Of a stretch of 64,000 bases of DNA, positions 62,079 through 64,000 are shown in pieces. How positions within the stretch are numbered: the first letter of the stretch is position 1; every line of letters begins with the position of its first letter. The DNA is taken from NCBI RefSeq assembly GCF_009914755.1, contig NC_060931.1; one strand, 5' to 3'. Origin of the DNA: the human T2T-CHM13v2.0 reference genome, Homo sapiens. The position numbers and the translations under genes are program-made. The notes under the pieces are model-generated. The model worked only from the letters and a program-made list of their open reading frames with translations. It had not been told where the DNA came from and searched no databases.

Positions 62079-63882
62079 AGAACATATATGTAATGATACA
62101 TGCTTCCAAATGTAATTTTAGATTAGATAATGCCATGAAGATATTAGAAATTATTTTGAAGGAAAAACATTTTTAAATTAGTCTAACAAGAATGAGAGTA
62201 TCTGTGTTGTCCAATGCAAACATTATTCCACCAGCAAAGGTTATGACTGAGTACAGTGACTTTGGATGTGCCGACATTAGCTAACACCTCACGGTGCCCA
62301 TTTTCTGAATGTATAGATCTGACCGCATGGAAATTCTGAAACTCCAGTTAAGGTTCACCGTGAGGGATGAATAAGTAGCAATTTCATGCATCCTGTTACT
62401 ATTTAGCTTTCTATTCCCAAGGTTGTTTGTGTAAAGACCTCTTCCTCAGTGGAGACATTAGCACATAAATTACGCCACTGTTCTTGGTTGCATGGCATAA
62501 AATAGAAACTTGCGAAAACGCAAACACATTTTTTTGGCAAACACATTTTCCTATTTTAAATATGGCTATCAAGGCAGAATTCCTTATTTAAATAAACAAT
62601 TAGGATTCCTAACAGTGTGTTTACAAAGAGAAAATATTTTTAAATTGTTCCATCACCACTGGAGATATTAGCATGAATTAAGATTTTAGTCAGAATCAGT
62701 TTGTTATCTCACTGAGGGTTCAAAAGGCAGAAGTGATGGTCCTTGCTCTCACAGTGCTAGAGGCAAGATGAAGAGAGAGGACAGACACACACATTAAAAA
62801 CACAACAATCCAGGTTAGTGTCTGCATGGTGATGACTGATGGTCTACAACGTGGTTATTAATGTCCTATATGCTGTGAGGCACTATGGCCTAGGAGCTAA
62901 ATACATGGGCTTTGGAAATGAGGGACTTGAGACTTGAATCCTGAGTTTTTCATCTTCCTTCTGTAGACTGAAACTCTATGAGTCAGAGGCCACATTTATA
63001 TTGTTTACTGTGCCTGGTGCATAGCAGCTAGTCAACAAATATTTATTCAATGAATGAATGAATTCATGAGTTAACATGTAATGTGCTCAAAGTACAGCAT
63101 ACTTTCTAAATCTTGGTATCAACAAATGGTAACTAGTGTTATTGTAAGTATCATAGTTATTGTCTAAGAGCCCAAACACATGGAGTGACTTCACAACTAT
63201 GGAAGCTCTGTCGGAAAACTTGAGAGGAACAAAGGATGGCTTGCTGAAAACTCACACTGGATTTACAAAACTCACGCAACAGAGGCAAGGATGCCGCAAC
63301 TGTCCTACGAGTCCCCAAGGACAGAGTTCCTGCTCCATGTGGTTGCCAGCCCAAGAGTTTCTAGAGTTCCTGTTTCCAGGATTCTCCCGCCCCATAAGGG
63401 GTTCCAGACTGGGGTGCAGAGCTAAGAACCCCTCAGTGGCTGCCAACTGCTTTGTGGAATGTGAGAGGATCAGAGAAAGGGCTCCATCTGGGGAGAAGGA
63501 AACAATCACGCTGGTATTAGATGGGAAAACTGACTGTGTACAGGTACAGCTGCAAAGACTTAGGGCTCAAACATAAGTAAAATACCTGAACATCCTAGTA
63601 GTTAGAAAAATAAACCCAGAATTGGAATGCGTCATGGGGATAGGGCTAAAGTTACCAAGGGATCATCCTCTCCTCACACTGGCCATTAGTCAGACTCTCT
63701 CGATCAGTTTGGCCTGAAGCCTTAAATGAATGCAGTGCATGGAGGCGGTCTGCAGGAGGCTCATTAGAATGACCTGGAAAAGAGCTCCTTAGCTCAAGGA
63801 AGTAGGATCAGTGAAGAAGGAGGTGGTAGGAGAGTAAGAAGCTGGGTCAGCGTCTACACTCTCGGGGGAGAAGTGTTCTTAC

Positions 63883-63984
63883 TTGTCAGCCAATTTGTAG
63901 CTCAGGTTTTCAGTCTGGCTGTGGCTGCCCTTGGCCGGCCTGCACACTGTCATCATGTCAGTACCGAGGGGAGTTCCAGGTCAC
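63883..63984 (-). other. DENND2A: Exon 2 (102 nt), 5'UTR relative to the main ATG; contains tandem upstream ATGs at 63956 and 63953
   Basis: Acceptor ccctgtccccccag|GTGACC, donor GACAA|gtaaga; size fits recalled c.-247..-146 exon. Confidence 0.8.
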
Positions 63985-64000
63985 CTGGGGGGACAGGGAT

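Overview
Human genomic DNA, very Alu-rich (about 70-80 Alu copies or fragments by manual count). It carries most of DENND2A (DENN-domain Rab GEF) on the minus strand: a 102-nt upstream exon (63883-63984), the 1140-nt first annotated coding exon (59581-60720) and 11 more coding exons down to 2777. All junctions are GT-AG and phase-consistent, giving codons 1-776; the 3' exons lie left of the window. Exon numbers assume one more exon upstream of the window. Main observation: the nominally non-coding exon 2 has tandem ATGs in frame with the main CDS, and exon 3 is a phase-2/phase-2 symmetric 380-codon exon with exactly one in-frame stop. This predicts three outputs. Inclusion gives a 42-aa uORF ahead of full-length DENND2A. 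Skipping gives a short isoform with a new 25-aa N-terminus, similar to what I recall of ST5/DENND2B p82. Back-splicing gives a circle, flanked by inverted MIRs, encoding a 349-aa protein and one stop short of an infinite ORF. The frames are read directly from the sequence; expression of these products is inference. Also present: a gene-sense solo HERV-K(HML-2) LTR5_Hs inserted at an Alu TSD, MER41A and MER34-like LTRs, an AluYg6, deeply nested old transposons, a palindromic junction at about 46.6 kb, and non-B DNA tracts. Repeat family names come from recognition of recalled consensus sequences, and repeat boundaries are approximate.
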